Shown here in pieces: positions 9,095 through 19,853 of a stretch of 64,000 bases of DNA. Position numbers and translations under genes: made by a program. Under the pieces are notes generated by a model that was given only the letters and a program-made list of their open reading frames with translations, had not been told where the DNA came from and searched no databases. The DNA is taken from the NCBI GenBank assembly GCA_963740825.1, contig CAVUFD010000001.1, forward strand, positions 2,625,543 to 2,689,542, written 5' to 3'. How positions within the stretch are numbered: the first letter of the stretch is position 1; each line of letters starts with the position of its first letter. This stretch comes from an uncultured Chloroflexia bacterium (lineage in GTDB: Bacteria > Chloroflexota > Limnocylindria > Limnocylindrales > CSP1-4).

Positions 9095-10102
9095 CTAGCC
9101 CCCGAAGAATTGGGTGACGATCGGCCCGAGGATCGAGTCCACGAGCCCTGACGGCGGGGGCCGGTCCACGACCCGGAGCTGCCCGGGCGGCAGCGCGGCG
9201 ATCGGCGGCTCCCGCTGGGGTGGTGCGTTCGTCGGAGAGGCGGTCGGTACCGGCGGGAGCGTGGCCTCGAGGACCGTCGGCCGGACCACCGGCGACGGGG
9301 AGGGGGCCGGCGACACGGTCGGCTCGGACGTCGGCGCGGCGCTCGGCTTCGGTCGCTTCGACGGGTCCGGCCTCCGGTCATTGTCCCGCTGGTTGCGCGA
9401 CTGGTGGTCCGGTTCGGGCGTGGGATCGGGCTTCGACTTGTGGGTCGGGTCCGGGTCCGGCTTCGGATTCGGCTTGGCCGTGGGCTTGGGCGTCGGCTTG
9501 GGGGTGGGCTTCGGGGTGGGAGCCGGGCCCGATGCGCACGAGTCCGCGAACAGCACCGTCCACATGAACGTGTCGTCGGGACCCTTGTAGGCGCCCACGG
9601 CGACCACGTCCCACGCCTTGCCCATGATGTTGTCGCGGTGGCCCTCGGAGTTCATGAACGCGTCGAACACCCAGTTGGTGGCGTCGGCCTCGCTCGCGCC
9701 CGGCCACTTGACCTTCCCGATGTTCTCGCCGGCCACCTTGAAGCAGTAGCCGTACTGGTGCTGCATGTACCAGAACACGTTGCGGTCGGTGTCCTTGATC
9801 GTGTGGTCGAAATAGTTCCGCTCGATCATGTCCTTGCTCCGCCAGCGGGCGATCTGGCGCAGGTCCGTGTCGAGCTTGAGCGCCTTCTTGCCCGCCGATG
9901 CGCGGGCCTGGTTGTGGAGCGAGATCAGCATCGACTCCGAGCCCGAGCTGAACTCGTTGGCACCCCACGCGAAGGCCGCCCGCGGGGTCGCCAGGACGCC
10001 GGCCGAGGTCACCGCGAAGGCGAGCGCGAGCATCGCCGTGGCGCGGCGGGCGTCGGGGAGGGGCGCGAGCAGCCGCGCGACCAAAGACGGGACGTGGGTC
10101 AT
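9095..10102 (-). CDS. Secreted CAP/SCP/PR-1 domain protein with Pro/Thr/Lys-rich linker
   Basis: Internal ATG at 10102 gives the signal peptide MTHVPSLVARLLAPLPDARRATAMLALAFAVTSAGVLATPRAAFA. CAP motifs LHNQARASAGKKAL and EGHRDNIMGKAWDVVAVGAY. Followed by PTPKPTPKPTPKPT low complexity. Confidence 0.7.
   Translation of the reverse strand: MTHVPSLVARLLAPLPDARRATAMLALAFAVTSAGVLATPRAAFAWGANEFSSGSESMLISLHNQARASAGKKALKLDTDLRQIARWRSKDMIERNYFDHTIKDTDRNVFWYMQHQYGYCFKVAGENIGKVKWPGASEADATNWVFDAFMNSEGHRDNIMGKAWDVVAVGAYKGPDDTFMWTVLFADSCASGPAPTPKPTPKPTPKPTAKPNPKPDPDPTHKSKPDPTPEPDHQSRNQRDNDRRPDPSKRPKPSAAPTSEPTVSPAPSPSPVVRPTVLEATLPPVPTASPTNAPPQREPPIAALPPGQLRVVDRPPPSGLVDSILGPIVTQFFGG
9352..9535. repeat. Short tandem DNA repeats (GGCTTSGGN-like) encoding the PT/K-rich linker of the CAP protein
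   Basis: Repeated GGCTTCGG/GGCTTGGG units are visible at 9420-9530 on the + strand and translate to (PKPT)n on the minus strand. Confidence 0.5.
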
Positions 10103-10353
10103 CGGGCTCGATGCTCGGGGAGCCACCCCGGAGTCATCCCCGGCGCAATGGTCCCGACCGCACCGACCCGCCGTACCAGTTCCCGGACCGCACCCATCCG
10201 GACCCCACCGGATCGACCCGACCCGACCCTCCCGTGCTGGCCCCGATCGGGGCGGCCGCCGACGCCGGTCAAGCATTTTCCGTCTTCCCAATCGACGCCC
10301 GATGGACGACACTGTCGCGCCTGACGGCGGTGCGGTCAGCCGGGAGGGTGGAG

Positions 10354-11310
10354 ATGGCGAAGCGTCCGGGTTTCCAGCACCAGTGGCCGGACGGTCACTG
10401 CGTCATCGACGACCGCGAGCTCGGGTGGATCTCGTGCACCGCGTATTCGATGGCGATGCTCATCGATGCCGCGACCGGCGACGCTCACCGGCCGACGGGG
10501 TGTCGGGTCAGGAAGGGTGTGACCCCAAAGGACGTCTCCGACGGCCTGACCCTTCGCCAGGTCGTGCGGGTCGCTCGCCGCGACTTCGAGTTGCCGGTCA
10601 CGCTCAACACGGGCCTCAACGCCATCACCGTCAAGCGCGCCACCAGGCGGGTCGAGAACGGCCGCGGCTTCGTCCTCCAGGGCAACCTCTCGGCGTTCAC
10701 CGGCCACCACGTCAACCACGCGATCTACGTGAACGAGGTCCAAGGCGGCCAACCCGGCAAGCCGAAGAGGGCCCTCGTCTACGACCCGGCCCGCACGGGG
10801 GAGCGCTGGGTGCGCTGGGCCAAGGTGCTCGCGTTTGGCGCGGCGCTGGAGCTCGACGACAACGGCAGGACGCTCCCCAAGGGCCTCCTTTACGCGTCCT
10901 TCGCGCCGCTCCGCCTGGACTCGGACGACGACGGAGGCGTCCCGCACGACGACGGAGGCGCCCAACACGGCGACGGCGGCGAGCAACACGGTGGCGGCGG
11001 CGGGCAACCGGTGCCCGCGGACTCCGATGCCGTGACGCTCCGACACGGCGCCGAGCGAACAAACCCCCAGCCCTGCAGGTTCGAGGCCAAGGCCGCGCAG
11101 GACCGGCTCGTCGCTGTCCGGCGCGAGCCCGGGAACACCAGCCCCGACAGCCTCAAGGGGTCGCTCGCCGACGGCGACCCGTTCTTCGCGTATCAGAAGA
11201 TGGAGGTGCAGCCCCCGCCGGCCGGCGCGACATCGGCCCTGTGGTTCGGCAACCGCAAGGGGACGGCCTGGGTGCACGCGGGCGGGCTGCGGCCTGAAGG
11301 AGTCGACTGA
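10354..11310 (+). CDS. Hypothetical protein with a C39-like (papain-fold) cysteine peptidase domain, a Gly/Asp/His-rich linker and a C-terminal domain of unknown function
   Basis: ATG at 10354 preceded by GGGAGGGTGGAG. WISCTAYSMAMLIDAATGD resembles the catalytic Cys motif (nCGpaSLAMvL) and FTGHHVNHAIYVNEV the His motif of Peptidase_C39_2-like domains. No signal peptide. Confidence 0.5.
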   Translation: MAKRPGFQHQWPDGHCVIDDRELGWISCTAYSMAMLIDAATGDAHRPTGCRVRKGVTPKDVSDGLTLRQVVRVARRDFELPVTLNTGLNAITVKRATRRVENGRGFVLQGNLSAFTGHHVNHAIYVNEVQGGQPGKPKRALVYDPARTGERWVRWAKVLAFGAALELDDNGRTLPKGLLYASFAPLRLDSDDDGGVPHDDGGAQHGDGGEQHGGGGGQPVPADSDAVTLRHGAERTNPQPCRFEAKAAQDRLVAVRREPGNTSPDSLKGSLADGDPFFAYQKMEVQPPPAGATSALWFGNRKGTAWVHAGGLRPEGVD

Positions 11311-11549
11311 TGCCCACGGACCTCGACCTCGCCGGCCAGGGGCCCGCCGTGGACCTCATCGAGGGTGAGGACCCGGCGCCGCCGGCCGACCTGACGCCAG
11401 ACGTCAGAGGCGGCAACCCGTCGGCGTTTGCCCCGGAGGACCTGATCAACGCGAACATCCCGCCTGACGGGGACGCCACCACGGCCCGGCCGCTGACCGA
11501 CGCCGAGGTTGATGCCCTCGGGACCGACGAGGACGACGACCGGCCGTGA
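11310..11549 (+). CDS. Small highly acidic protein (79 aa), translationally coupled to the upstream gene
   Basis: ATG overlaps the upstream TGA as cTGATGc. 21 Asp/Glu against 3 Arg and no Lys, giving a predicted strongly negative charge; likely disordered. Confidence 0.4.
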   Translation: MPTDLDLAGQGPAVDLIEGEDPAPPADLTPDVRGGNPSAFAPEDLINANIPPDGDATTARPLTDAEVDALGTDEDDDRP

Positions 11550-11632
11550 GCCGACGCGCCGACCGCGCGGCGTCTCCGGTACACTCCGCTGGCCCTGCGC
11601 GGCGCCCAGTCGCGGCGCCCCGGGCGACCCTT

Positions 11633-11709
11633 GGTGGCCTTAGCTCAATAGGCAGAGCATCGGATTGTGGCTCCGAAGGTTATGGGTTCGAGCCCCATAG
11701 GCCACCCCA
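11633..11709 (+). tRNA. tRNA-His (anticodon GTG) with the extra G(-1) and genomically encoded CCA
   Basis: Cloverleaf folded by hand: G-1; acceptor GTGGCCT/AGGCCAC; D-arm GCTC-AATAGGCA-GAGC; anticodon arm TCGGA-TTGTGGC-TCCGA (anticodon GUG); variable loop AGGTT; T-arm ATGGG-TTCGAGC-CCCAT; discriminator C; CCA. Confidence 0.9.
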
Positions 11710-11812
11710 CCCCACCCCTGGCGTTTCAGTGCAATTGCGTGATGTGGCTGGGCGCCTGATCATCGAGTCTGCGCGAAGGTGAGACGCGGCCTGTCGGCGG
11801 CGCCACGATCCC

Positions 11813-14185
11813 GTGGAGGGCGATGCCTTGGGTGATCTCGACCGGTCGGTGCTGCCGATCCCGGACCGCACGTCGATGGACGACGCGCCGCTCGACGCCC
11901 GCGACGCGCAGTTCGCGCCCATCGAGCCGCTGCGGCCGCCCGCGGGCGCCCCGAACGTGCTGATCGTGCTGCTCGACGACGTCGGGTTCGCCGCCTCGAG
12001 CGCCTTCGGCGGCCCGTGCAACACGCCGACCGCCGAGCGCCTGGCCGCCAATGGCCTCCGCTTCAACCGCTTCCACACGACCGCCCTGTGCGCGCCCACC
12101 CGCGCGGCCCTGCTGTCTGGCCGCAACCACCACACCGTGGGCATGGGCGTGATCACCGAGCTCGCGACGTCGGCGCCCGGCTACAACTCCCTGCGCCCCA
12201 ACGACTGCGCGCCGCTTGCCCTGACGCTGCGCTTCAACGGTTACTCGACGGCCCAGTTCGGGAAGTGCCACGAGGTCCCGGTGTGGCAGACGAGCCCGCT
12301 CGGCCCGTTCGACGCGTGGCCCAGCGCGGGTGGCGGCTTCGAGCACTTCTACGGTTTCATCGGCGGCGAGACGAACCAGTACTACCCGGCGGTCTACGAC
12401 GGCACGACGCCCGTCGAGACCCCGAAGACCCCCGAACAGGGCTACCACTTCGGCGAGGACATGACCGATCGGGCCGTGGCCTGGGTGCGCCAGCAGAAGG
12501 CGCTGATGCCCGACAAGCCGTTCTTCGTCTACTACGCGCCCGGGGCCACGCACGCGCCCCACCACGTGCCGAAGGCATTCAGCGACCGCTACAAGGGCAA
12601 GTTCGACCAGGGCTGGGACCAGCTGCGCGAGGAGATCTTCGCCCGCCAGAAGGCCCTGGGCGCGATCCCGGCCGATGCGGAGCTCACGCCGCGGCACGAG
12701 GAGATCCCAGCGTGGGACGACATGCCCGACAACCTCAAGCCGGTGCTCGCGCGCCAGATGGAGGTCTATGCGGGCTTCATGGAGCACACCGACCTCCAGG
12801 TCGGTCGGCTGATCGACGCGCTCGCGGACCTCGAGGTGCTCGACGACACGCTCGTCTACTACATCATCGGCGACAACGGGGCGTCGGCCGAGGGCCAGAT
12901 CAACGGCACCTTCAACGAGATGATGAGCCTCAACGGGGCCGCCGCGCTCGAGACCCCCGAGTTCATGGCCTCCAAGGTCGACCTGTTCGGCACGCCCGAG
13001 GCGTACAACCACTACGCGGTCGGCTGGGCGCACGCCATGGACACGCCGTACCAGTGGACCAAGCAGGTCGCCTCGCACTGGGGCGGCACGCGCAACGGCA
13101 CCATCGTCCACTGGCCCGGCGGGATCACCGCCAAGGGCGAGGTCCGGTCGCAGTTCCACCACGTGATCGACATCGCGCCGACCGTGCTCGACGTGGCCGG
13201 CCTGCCCGAGCCCACGGTGGTCAACGGCGTCGAGCAGCGCCCGATCGAGGGCGTCTCGATGCGCTACGCCTTCGACGACGCGGCGGCCGGCGAGCGGCGG
13301 CCGACCCAGTACTTCGAGATGTTCTGCAACCGCGGCATCTACCACGAGGGCTGGACGGCGGTCACCCGCCACAGCACGCCGTGGGTCCTCGGGACGCCCA
13401 TGCCGCCGCTCGCCGACGACGTCTGGGAGCTCTACGACACGAACACGGACTGGACCCAGGCCCATGACCTCGCCGTCGAGATGCCCGACAAGCTCGCGGA
13501 GCTCCAGCAGCGATGGCTGGACGAGGCACGGCGCTACAACGTGCTGCCGCTCGACGACCGCCGCGTTGAGCGGTTCAACCCCGGCCTGGCCGGTCGCCCG
13601 GTCCTGATCCACGGCAGCTCGCAGCTCCTGTTCGCCGGCATGGGCCGGCTGACCGAGAACGTGATGATCAACGTCAAGAACAAGTCGCATGCGGTCACGG
13701 CCCAGATCGATGTCCCCGACGGCGGGGCGACGGGCGTCGTGTTCGCCCAGGGCGGCGCGTTCGGCGGCTGGTCGCTGTATCTCCACGAGGGCCGGCCGGC
13801 GTACTGCTACAACCTGTTCGGGATGCGCACGTTCAAGGTCTACGGCTCCGACCCGGTGCCCGCCGGCGCCCACCAGCTGCGGCTCGAGTTCGCCTACGAC
13901 GGCGGCGGGCTCGCGAAGGGCGGCACCGCCAGCCTGTGGGTCGACGGAGCGAAGGTCGGCGAGGGTCGGGTCGACGCGACCCAGCCGATGATCTTCTCGG
14001 CCGATGAGACCGCTGACGTCGGCAGCGACACGGGGTCGCGGGTCAGCGACGACTACCGCCCCGAGACGAGCGCGTTCACCGGCGCGGTCCGCTGGATCCA
14101 GATCGACCTCGGCGAGGACGCCAACGACGCCGACCACCTGATCACCCCCGAGGAGCGGCTGCGGGTCGCAATGGCGCGTCAGTAG
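11813..14185 (+). CDS. Arylsulfatase (formylglycine-dependent sulfatase family)
   Basis: 790 aa. The sulfatase signature CAPTRAALLSGRNHH (C-x-P-x-R FGly site) follows VLIVLLDDVGF. Size is typical of long arylsulfatases. Confidence 0.85.
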   Translation: MEGDALGDLDRSVLPIPDRTSMDDAPLDARDAQFAPIEPLRPPAGAPNVLIVLLDDVGFAASSAFGGPCNTPTAERLAANGLRFNRFHTTALCAPTRAALLSGRNHHTVGMGVITELATSAPGYNSLRPNDCAPLALTLRFNGYSTAQFGKCHEVPVWQTSPLGPFDAWPSAGGGFEHFYGFIGGETNQYYPAVYDGTTPVETPKTPEQGYHFGEDMTDRAVAWVRQQKALMPDKPFFVYYAPGATHAPHHVPKAFSDRYKGKFDQGWDQLREEIFARQKALGAIPADAELTPRHEEIPAWDDMPDNLKPVLARQMEVYAGFMEHTDLQVGRLIDALADLEVLDDTLVYYIIGDNGASAEGQINGTFNEMMSLNGAAALETPEFMASKVDLFGTPEAYNHYAVGWAHAMDTPYQWTKQVASHWGGTRNGTIVHWPGGITAKGEVRSQFHHVIDIAPTVLDVAGLPEPTVVNGVEQRPIEGVSMRYAFDDAAAGERRPTQYFEMFCNRGIYHEGWTAVTRHSTPWVLGTPMPPLADDVWELYDTNTDWTQAHDLAVEMPDKLAELQQRWLDEARRYNVLPLDDRRVERFNPGLAGRPVLIHGSSQLLFAGMGRLTENVMINVKNKSHAVTAQIDVPDGGATGVVFAQGGAFGGWSLYLHEGRPAYCYNLFGMRTFKVYGSDPVPAGAHQLRLEFAYDGGGLAKGGTASLWVDGAKVGEGRVDATQPMIFSADETADVGSDTGSRVSDDYRPETSAFTGAVRWIQIDLGEDANDADHLITPEERLRVAMARQ

Positions 14186-14206
14186 CGCCGCTTCACGGCG
14201 CCCGCC

Positions 14207-14575
14207 TCAGCCGGGGCGCTTCGTCGGCTTCGGCTTCCGGCCCGCGATCCAGTCGAGGCCGGACGCGAACCAGGGCGCGATCGCCCGCGTGTCCTCGAAC
14301 AGGGCGTCCGGCACGTCCACGAACTCCTTCTGGACGACGCCGTACGCCGTGTTGAGCGTCGTCGCGTGCTCGTCGAGGAAGCGCGCCCGGGCGTCGGGCG
14401 ACAGGCGGAGGACCAGCGAGCCCGTGTCCGTGAGGTAGCTCGTCATGTGGCCGTTGAGCGAGGTGTACGGGATGGTCGCGCCCTTGCGGCCCGCCTCGGG
14501 ACGCGTGGCGATGAGCCGGTCATAGGCGTCGATCCGCTCGGCCGGGATCGTGGACGGCTTCGCGGGCTTCGCCAA
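14207..14575 (-). CDS. Hypothetical protein (122 aa)
   Basis: Clean ORF with a good coding GC3 pattern and no recognised motif. Confidence 0.45.
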   Translation of the reverse strand: MAKPAKPSTIPAERIDAYDRLIATRPEAGRKGATIPYTSLNGHMTSYLTDTGSLVLRLSPDARARFLDEHATTLNTAYGVVQKEFVDVPDALFEDTRAIAPWFASGLDWIAGRKPKPTKRPG

Positions 14576-14589
14576 TCGCCGAGCTCCGC

Positions 14590-15228
14590 TCAGCCGCGAC
14601 CGGGCACGAGCAGGCCTCGCTCGTACGCCGCCGCTACGGCCGCCGCGCGATCGTTGACGTCGAGCTTCGTGTAGATGTGGAGCAGGTGCGTCTTCACGGT
14701 CGCCTCGGAGATAAACAGGCGGGCGGCCGCGCCGCGGTTCGTCTCCCCCTGGGCGATCAGCGTCAGCACCTCCAGCTCACGCTCGCTCAACGCGTCCGGG
14801 GCGGGCGCGCGGAGCTGGCTGACCAGCCTCGTGGCGACGGACGGCGCCAGGACGGCCTCGCCGCGGGCCGCGGCCCGGATCGCGCGCACCAGCTCGACGC
14901 GCGGCGTGTCCTTCAGCAGGTAGCCCGTCGCCCCAGCCTCCAGCGCCGGCACGACGTCGCTGTCGCTGTCGTAGGTCGTCAGGACCAGCACCCGCGCCCG
15001 GTTGCCGTCCTCGGCGAGCGCCCGGATGGCCGCCGCCCCGCCCATGCCCGGCATCCGGAGGTCCATGAGGATGACGTCGGGCCGCAGCGTCCCGACGACG
15101 GCACGCGCCTCGACACCGTCCGACGCCTCGCCGACGACCTCGAGGTCCGGGTCGCCGGCCAGCATGCCGCGCAGGCCGTCCCGGACGACCGGGTGGTCGT
15201 CGACGATGAGCACGCGGATCGGGCTCAC
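14590..15228 (-). CDS. Two-component response regulator, NarL/LuxR family
   Basis: GTG start at 15228 overlapping the kinase stop (GTGA). Receiver motifs IRVLIVDDHPVVRDGL...DVILMDLRMPGMGG and a LuxR HTH (LSERELEVLTLIAQGETNRGAAARLFISEATVKTHL). Confidence 0.85.
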   Translation of the reverse strand: MSPIRVLIVDDHPVVRDGLRGMLAGDPDLEVVGEASDGVEARAVVGTLRPDVILMDLRMPGMGGAAAIRALAEDGNRARVLVLTTYDSDSDVVPALEAGATGYLLKDTPRVELVRAIRAAARGEAVLAPSVATRLVSQLRAPAPDALSERELEVLTLIAQGETNRGAAARLFISEATVKTHLLHIYTKLDVNDRAAAVAAAYERGLLVPGRG

Positions 15229-16472
15229 GTGGCCGAGCCGGACGAGCCGGCCCCGATCGCCGGGACCCGGGCGGACACCGCGGTGCCGCCGCCCGGCTCG
15301 GACTCGACGGCCAGCGAACCGGCCACCCGGGCGACCCGCTGGCGCATCCCGGTCAGGCCGAACCCGCCGCCTGCCCCGGCGATCCCACCCGGCTCGGGCA
15401 CGGAGAACCCGACGCCGTCGTCGCGCACGTCGAGGGCCACGACGTCGCCCATGTAGGACAGCGTCAGCCCGGCGCGGGTCGCGCCGGCGTGCCGCGCGAC
15501 GTTCGCCAGGGCCTCCTGCGCCGTCCGCAGGAGCGCGACCTCGATGTCGGGGTTGAGGGCGATCGCCTCGCCGGTGACGGTGACGTCGATCGGGATGCCG
15601 TTGCGGTCGGACCAGTCGCGCGCGACCGCCTGGAGCGCCTCGGGCAGCGACCGCGACTCGAGGGCGGCGGGCATCGACGCCTCGACCGAGCGACGGGCCT
15701 CGGTCAGGCTCTCGCGGGCCAGCAGCTCGGCGTTGGCGAGGTGGCGATCGCGGTCGGTGGGGCGCTCGCGCGCCTGGTCGGCGGCCTCCAGCTGGGTGAT
15801 GATCCCGGTGAGGCCCTGGGCGATCGTGTCGTGAATCTCGCGCGCCATCCGCTGGCGTTCGTCGAGGACGCCGGCCTCGCGGGCCTGGGTGACCAGCTGG
15901 GCGTGCAGGCCGGCGTTCTCCTCCAGCGCCGCCTCGAGCCTGGTGAGCGCCTGGCGGCGTTCCTCGCTCTGCTCGGTGACCTTCTCCCCGAAGACCGCGC
16001 CCGCGCTGATCGCGACTGTCTGGACGAAGATGATCGCGAGGTAGAACGTCCACCCCTCCGGGCTCTGGGGCAGGCCGGCGATGAGGGTGTTGACGAGGAT
16101 CGAGCTTGCCGCGATGCCGACGACCGCGAGCGGCAGCGGGCGCAGGACCGTGGCGTAGAAGAAGCCCGCGATCATGAAGATGAAGAACAGCGGCTGGCGG
16201 AGCATCAGGATCGACGCCAGGACGAGCAGCCCGACGAAGAACACGTCGAGCCGCACGAGGTGGTCGCTGTTCGGCAGCGGCCGCCGGGTGTAGCCGACGT
16301 ACAGCCAGCCCGCGGCCACCGCCGCGATGCCCAGCGTCGTCAGCCGCCAGCCGGGATCCGGATCGCCGGCCGAGACGCCCAGGAAGGTCGCAAACGCCAG
16401 CAGGAGGTACCCGCCCCAGTCGAGCATCGCGTCCGCGAACCGTTCCCAGGTCGGCCTCGTCGAGGGGCTCAT
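15225..16472 (-). CDS. Sensor histidine kinase (HisKA_3/NarX-like) with multi-TM sensor domain
   Basis: N-terminal TM helices. H-box MAREIHDTIAQGLTGI (HisKA_3). HATPase_c region DVRDDGVGF...GGGFGLTGMRQRV. Start at ATG about 16472 or GTG 16520. Confidence 0.8.
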   Translation of the reverse strand: MSPSTRPTWERFADAMLDWGGYLLLAFATFLGVSAGDPDPGWRLTTLGIAAVAAGWLYVGYTRRPLPNSDHLVRLDVFFVGLLVLASILMLRQPLFFIFMIAGFFYATVLRPLPLAVVGIAASSILVNTLIAGLPQSPEGWTFYLAIIFVQTVAISAGAVFGEKVTEQSEERRQALTRLEAALEENAGLHAQLVTQAREAGVLDERQRMAREIHDTIAQGLTGIITQLEAADQARERPTDRDRHLANAELLARESLTEARRSVEASMPAALESRSLPEALQAVARDWSDRNGIPIDVTVTGEAIALNPDIEVALLRTAQEALANVARHAGATRAGLTLSYMGDVVALDVRDDGVGFSVPEPGGIAGAGGGFGLTGMRQRVARVAGSLAVESEPGGGTAVSARVPAIGAGSSGSAT

Positions 16473-16527
16473 GGCCGGAACGCTACTGCACCCCGTCCGG
16501 CTTGGAAACGACGCGGCCACGGACGCG

Positions 16528-17258
16528 TCACTCCCACCGGAAGAGCCGGACGGCCACGGCCCCGATGACCACGGTCACGATGGCCATGCCCACCAGCGGC
16601 GCGGCCTGTGGCGCGGTCCCGAGCCAGGCGTCCTGGAGGCCCTGGACACCGGGCGGCGTGAACTCGCCGATCCGGACGAGGATCTCCGGGAGGAACACCC
16701 GCGGCAGGTAGACCCCGCCCAGCAGCATCACCGCGAAGAACATCGGGATGGCGAGCGCGGTCGCGACGCGGTTCGACGGCGCCACGGCGGCGAGCAGCGC
16801 ACCGACCGCGAACATCGCGCCCATCCCCACCAGGAACGCGGCCAGATAGCCGACCGGCTGGCCCGGCCACGGCACGCCGAACGCGACGTGCGCGACGACG
16901 ACCAGCAGGACCAGCGCGATGACCGCCGTGACCATGTAGATCACCAGCTGCGCGGCCAGGAGTCGCAGCGGATGGGCGGGCGTGGTCGACAGTCGCCGCA
17001 GGATGCCCTTCTCGCGATAGGTGGCGAGGCGGATCGGCAGCGTCTGGATGCCCAGCGTCCCGATCGTGATCACGATCAGCGACGGCACGAACACGTCGAT
17101 GAAGCGCAGGCCGCCGAACGCCGGGTCGGGTGCCTGCGGCCCGAACATCGAGCCGAAGATCAGCAGGATGACCGTCGGCAGGGCGATCGCGGCCAGCCAC
17201 GTGATCGGGTCGCGGATCAGCAGCCGGCTCTCCACGACGAGGAGGGCTCGCATCTCGT

Positions 17259-17262
<4 letters not shown>
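16528..17262 (-). CDS. ABC-2 type transporter permease
   Basis: 244 aa with 6 predicted TM helices and an ABC-2 permease pattern. Start overlaps the upstream ATPase stop (ATGA). Confidence 0.75.
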
Positions 17263-18188
<926 letters not shown>

Positions 18189-18369
18189 GCCGCGAGCATC
18201 GGGGACGGACCCTCTCGACCACATCGGCCAAGCGCTCATCCGTCGCGGCGTGTTCGGTCGACGGCCGCGTCAACCGAACGGTTGATGGCGGGCGCGCGTC
18301 GATGGACGCGTCCATGGAGGCTCTGCCAACTTTCCGGAGCGGTACGCCTCGTGCCGTACCATCGAGGCG

Positions 18370-19647
18370 ATGGGATCGGGCCACGCGCTGGGGCCGCAAC
18401 ATCCCGGCGCTCCTGGCCCGCCCGCACCGAGCCCACCGGTCCCCTGGCTGGGATTGGGCGCGGCGCCCGCGGCGGTCGGGATCGCGCTGGGCGTCTACAA
18501 CCCGTTCGTCGCCGTCACGCTGTCGGCGAAGGGCTTCGACGTGGCTGCCATCGGTGTCCTGGCCGCGATCGCCGCCATCGGGTTCGTGGTCGGCACCCCG
18601 ATCTGGGGCCAGCTCGCCGACACGCGCCTCGGGCGGCCGAACGCGCTCGCGATCGCCGCCACGACGGGCGGCCTGGTCCTCGCCTCGATCTGGCTGCCCA
18701 TCCCGCTGCCGCTGGTCGCGGTGCTGTTCCTGGGGGGATCGCTGTTCGTCGCCGCGTGGCTCTCGCTCGTCGACGCGATCGTGGTGAACGCGGTCAAGGA
18801 CAGCCGAAGGTACGCCCGCCTGCGCATGATCTCGAGCTTCACCTACGCGCTCGCCGCCCTGGTGGGCGGGATCATCTACAGCTCGACCGGATTCGAATGG
18901 TCGCTGCTGCTCGTCGGTGCCGGCGGGCTTGGCCTCGCCGTCGTCGCGCGGCGCCTTCCCGATGTGGGACGCGCCCGGGTGGACGGGGCATCCGGTCGCG
19001 GACCTTCGTGGTCGGCAACGGCGACCGCGCCCGTGCGACTCCTGCGCGCGACCCCGGGCCTGCCGGTCGCGCTGCTCGCGATCGCCCTCGCCTTCCTCGG
19101 CTACATGGCCGGGAACACGTTCATGGGCCTGTACCTTCTCGAGCTCGGCGGCAGCCCGGCGGCCGTCGGGCTGGCCTCCGCGATCTCGGCGGCGATCGAG
19201 GTCCCGGCCATCTTCCTGGCGGGCATCATCGCCCAGCGCTACGGCGTGCGGGTCCTGTTCGTCGTGGCGGCCGCGTCGGCGACGACCGGGGTCGTCGGCT
19301 GGGCGGTGGCGCCGGACGTCGCCTTCGTCCTCGCCTGTCGCCTGTTCGCGGGCGTCGGCTACGGCGGCATGCTGGTGGCCGGCGTCATGGCGGTGCGGTC
19401 CTTCGTCACGCCCGAGAGCCAGGCGACCGGCCAGGGCCTGTTCCAGGCGACCTGTTTCGGCGCCGCCGCGGTCGTCGTGAACGTCGTCGGAGGCCAGCTG
19501 CACGGCGTGATCGGGTATCGCGGGCTGTTCGCGCTGTGCGGGGCCGTCGGGCTGATCGGGATCGCGATCGGCTGGCGCGCGCTGCCCGGGGTCGGGGGAT
19601 CGACGAGGCTGGCAGCGGTGCCCCTGGACACGGAGATCGCCGCCTAG
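18370..19647 (+). CDS. MFS transporter
   Basis: 425 aa with about 12 TM segments in two halves. MFS-like GxLaDrxGrr motif present (GQLADTRLGRP). Start is uncertain because the N-terminal 20 aa is Pro-rich. Confidence 0.7.
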   Translation: MGSGHALGPQHPGAPGPPAPSPPVPWLGLGAAPAAVGIALGVYNPFVAVTLSAKGFDVAAIGVLAAIAAIGFVVGTPIWGQLADTRLGRPNALAIAATTGGLVLASIWLPIPLPLVAVLFLGGSLFVAAWLSLVDAIVVNAVKDSRRYARLRMISSFTYALAALVGGIIYSSTGFEWSLLLVGAGGLGLAVVARRLPDVGRARVDGASGRGPSWSATATAPVRLLRATPGLPVALLAIALAFLGYMAGNTFMGLYLLELGGSPAAVGLASAISAAIEVPAIFLAGIIAQRYGVRVLFVVAAASATTGVVGWAVAPDVAFVLACRLFAGVGYGGMLVAGVMAVRSFVTPESQATGQGLFQATCFGAAAVVVNVVGGQLHGVIGYRGLFALCGAVGLIGIAIGWRALPGVGGSTRLAAVPLDTEIAA

Positions 19648-19853
19648 GGCCGAGCAGCGCGGACGCGCACGGGATCGCCGGAAACCGGCGACCGGGCCGC
19701 TGACGAACCCGGGGCTAGACTGGAGCGACGACCCGCGCCGTGCCGGAGAGGGATTCTCAGGCAGCTTTCAGGTTCGCGGTCCACCATCGGGGCGGCCACC
19801 GCGTGCGGGATCCGTCCCCGCTCCGGAAGCGACCCACGGAGTCCGCGCTGCCG

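Noticed and set aside
11560-14185. tRNA-His as an attachment site for a genomic island.
   Set aside because: There is no integrase, no excisionase and no direct repeat of the tRNA 3' end within the flanking 10 kb. The neighbouring genes (arylsulfatase, two-component/ABC module) do not show island characteristics.
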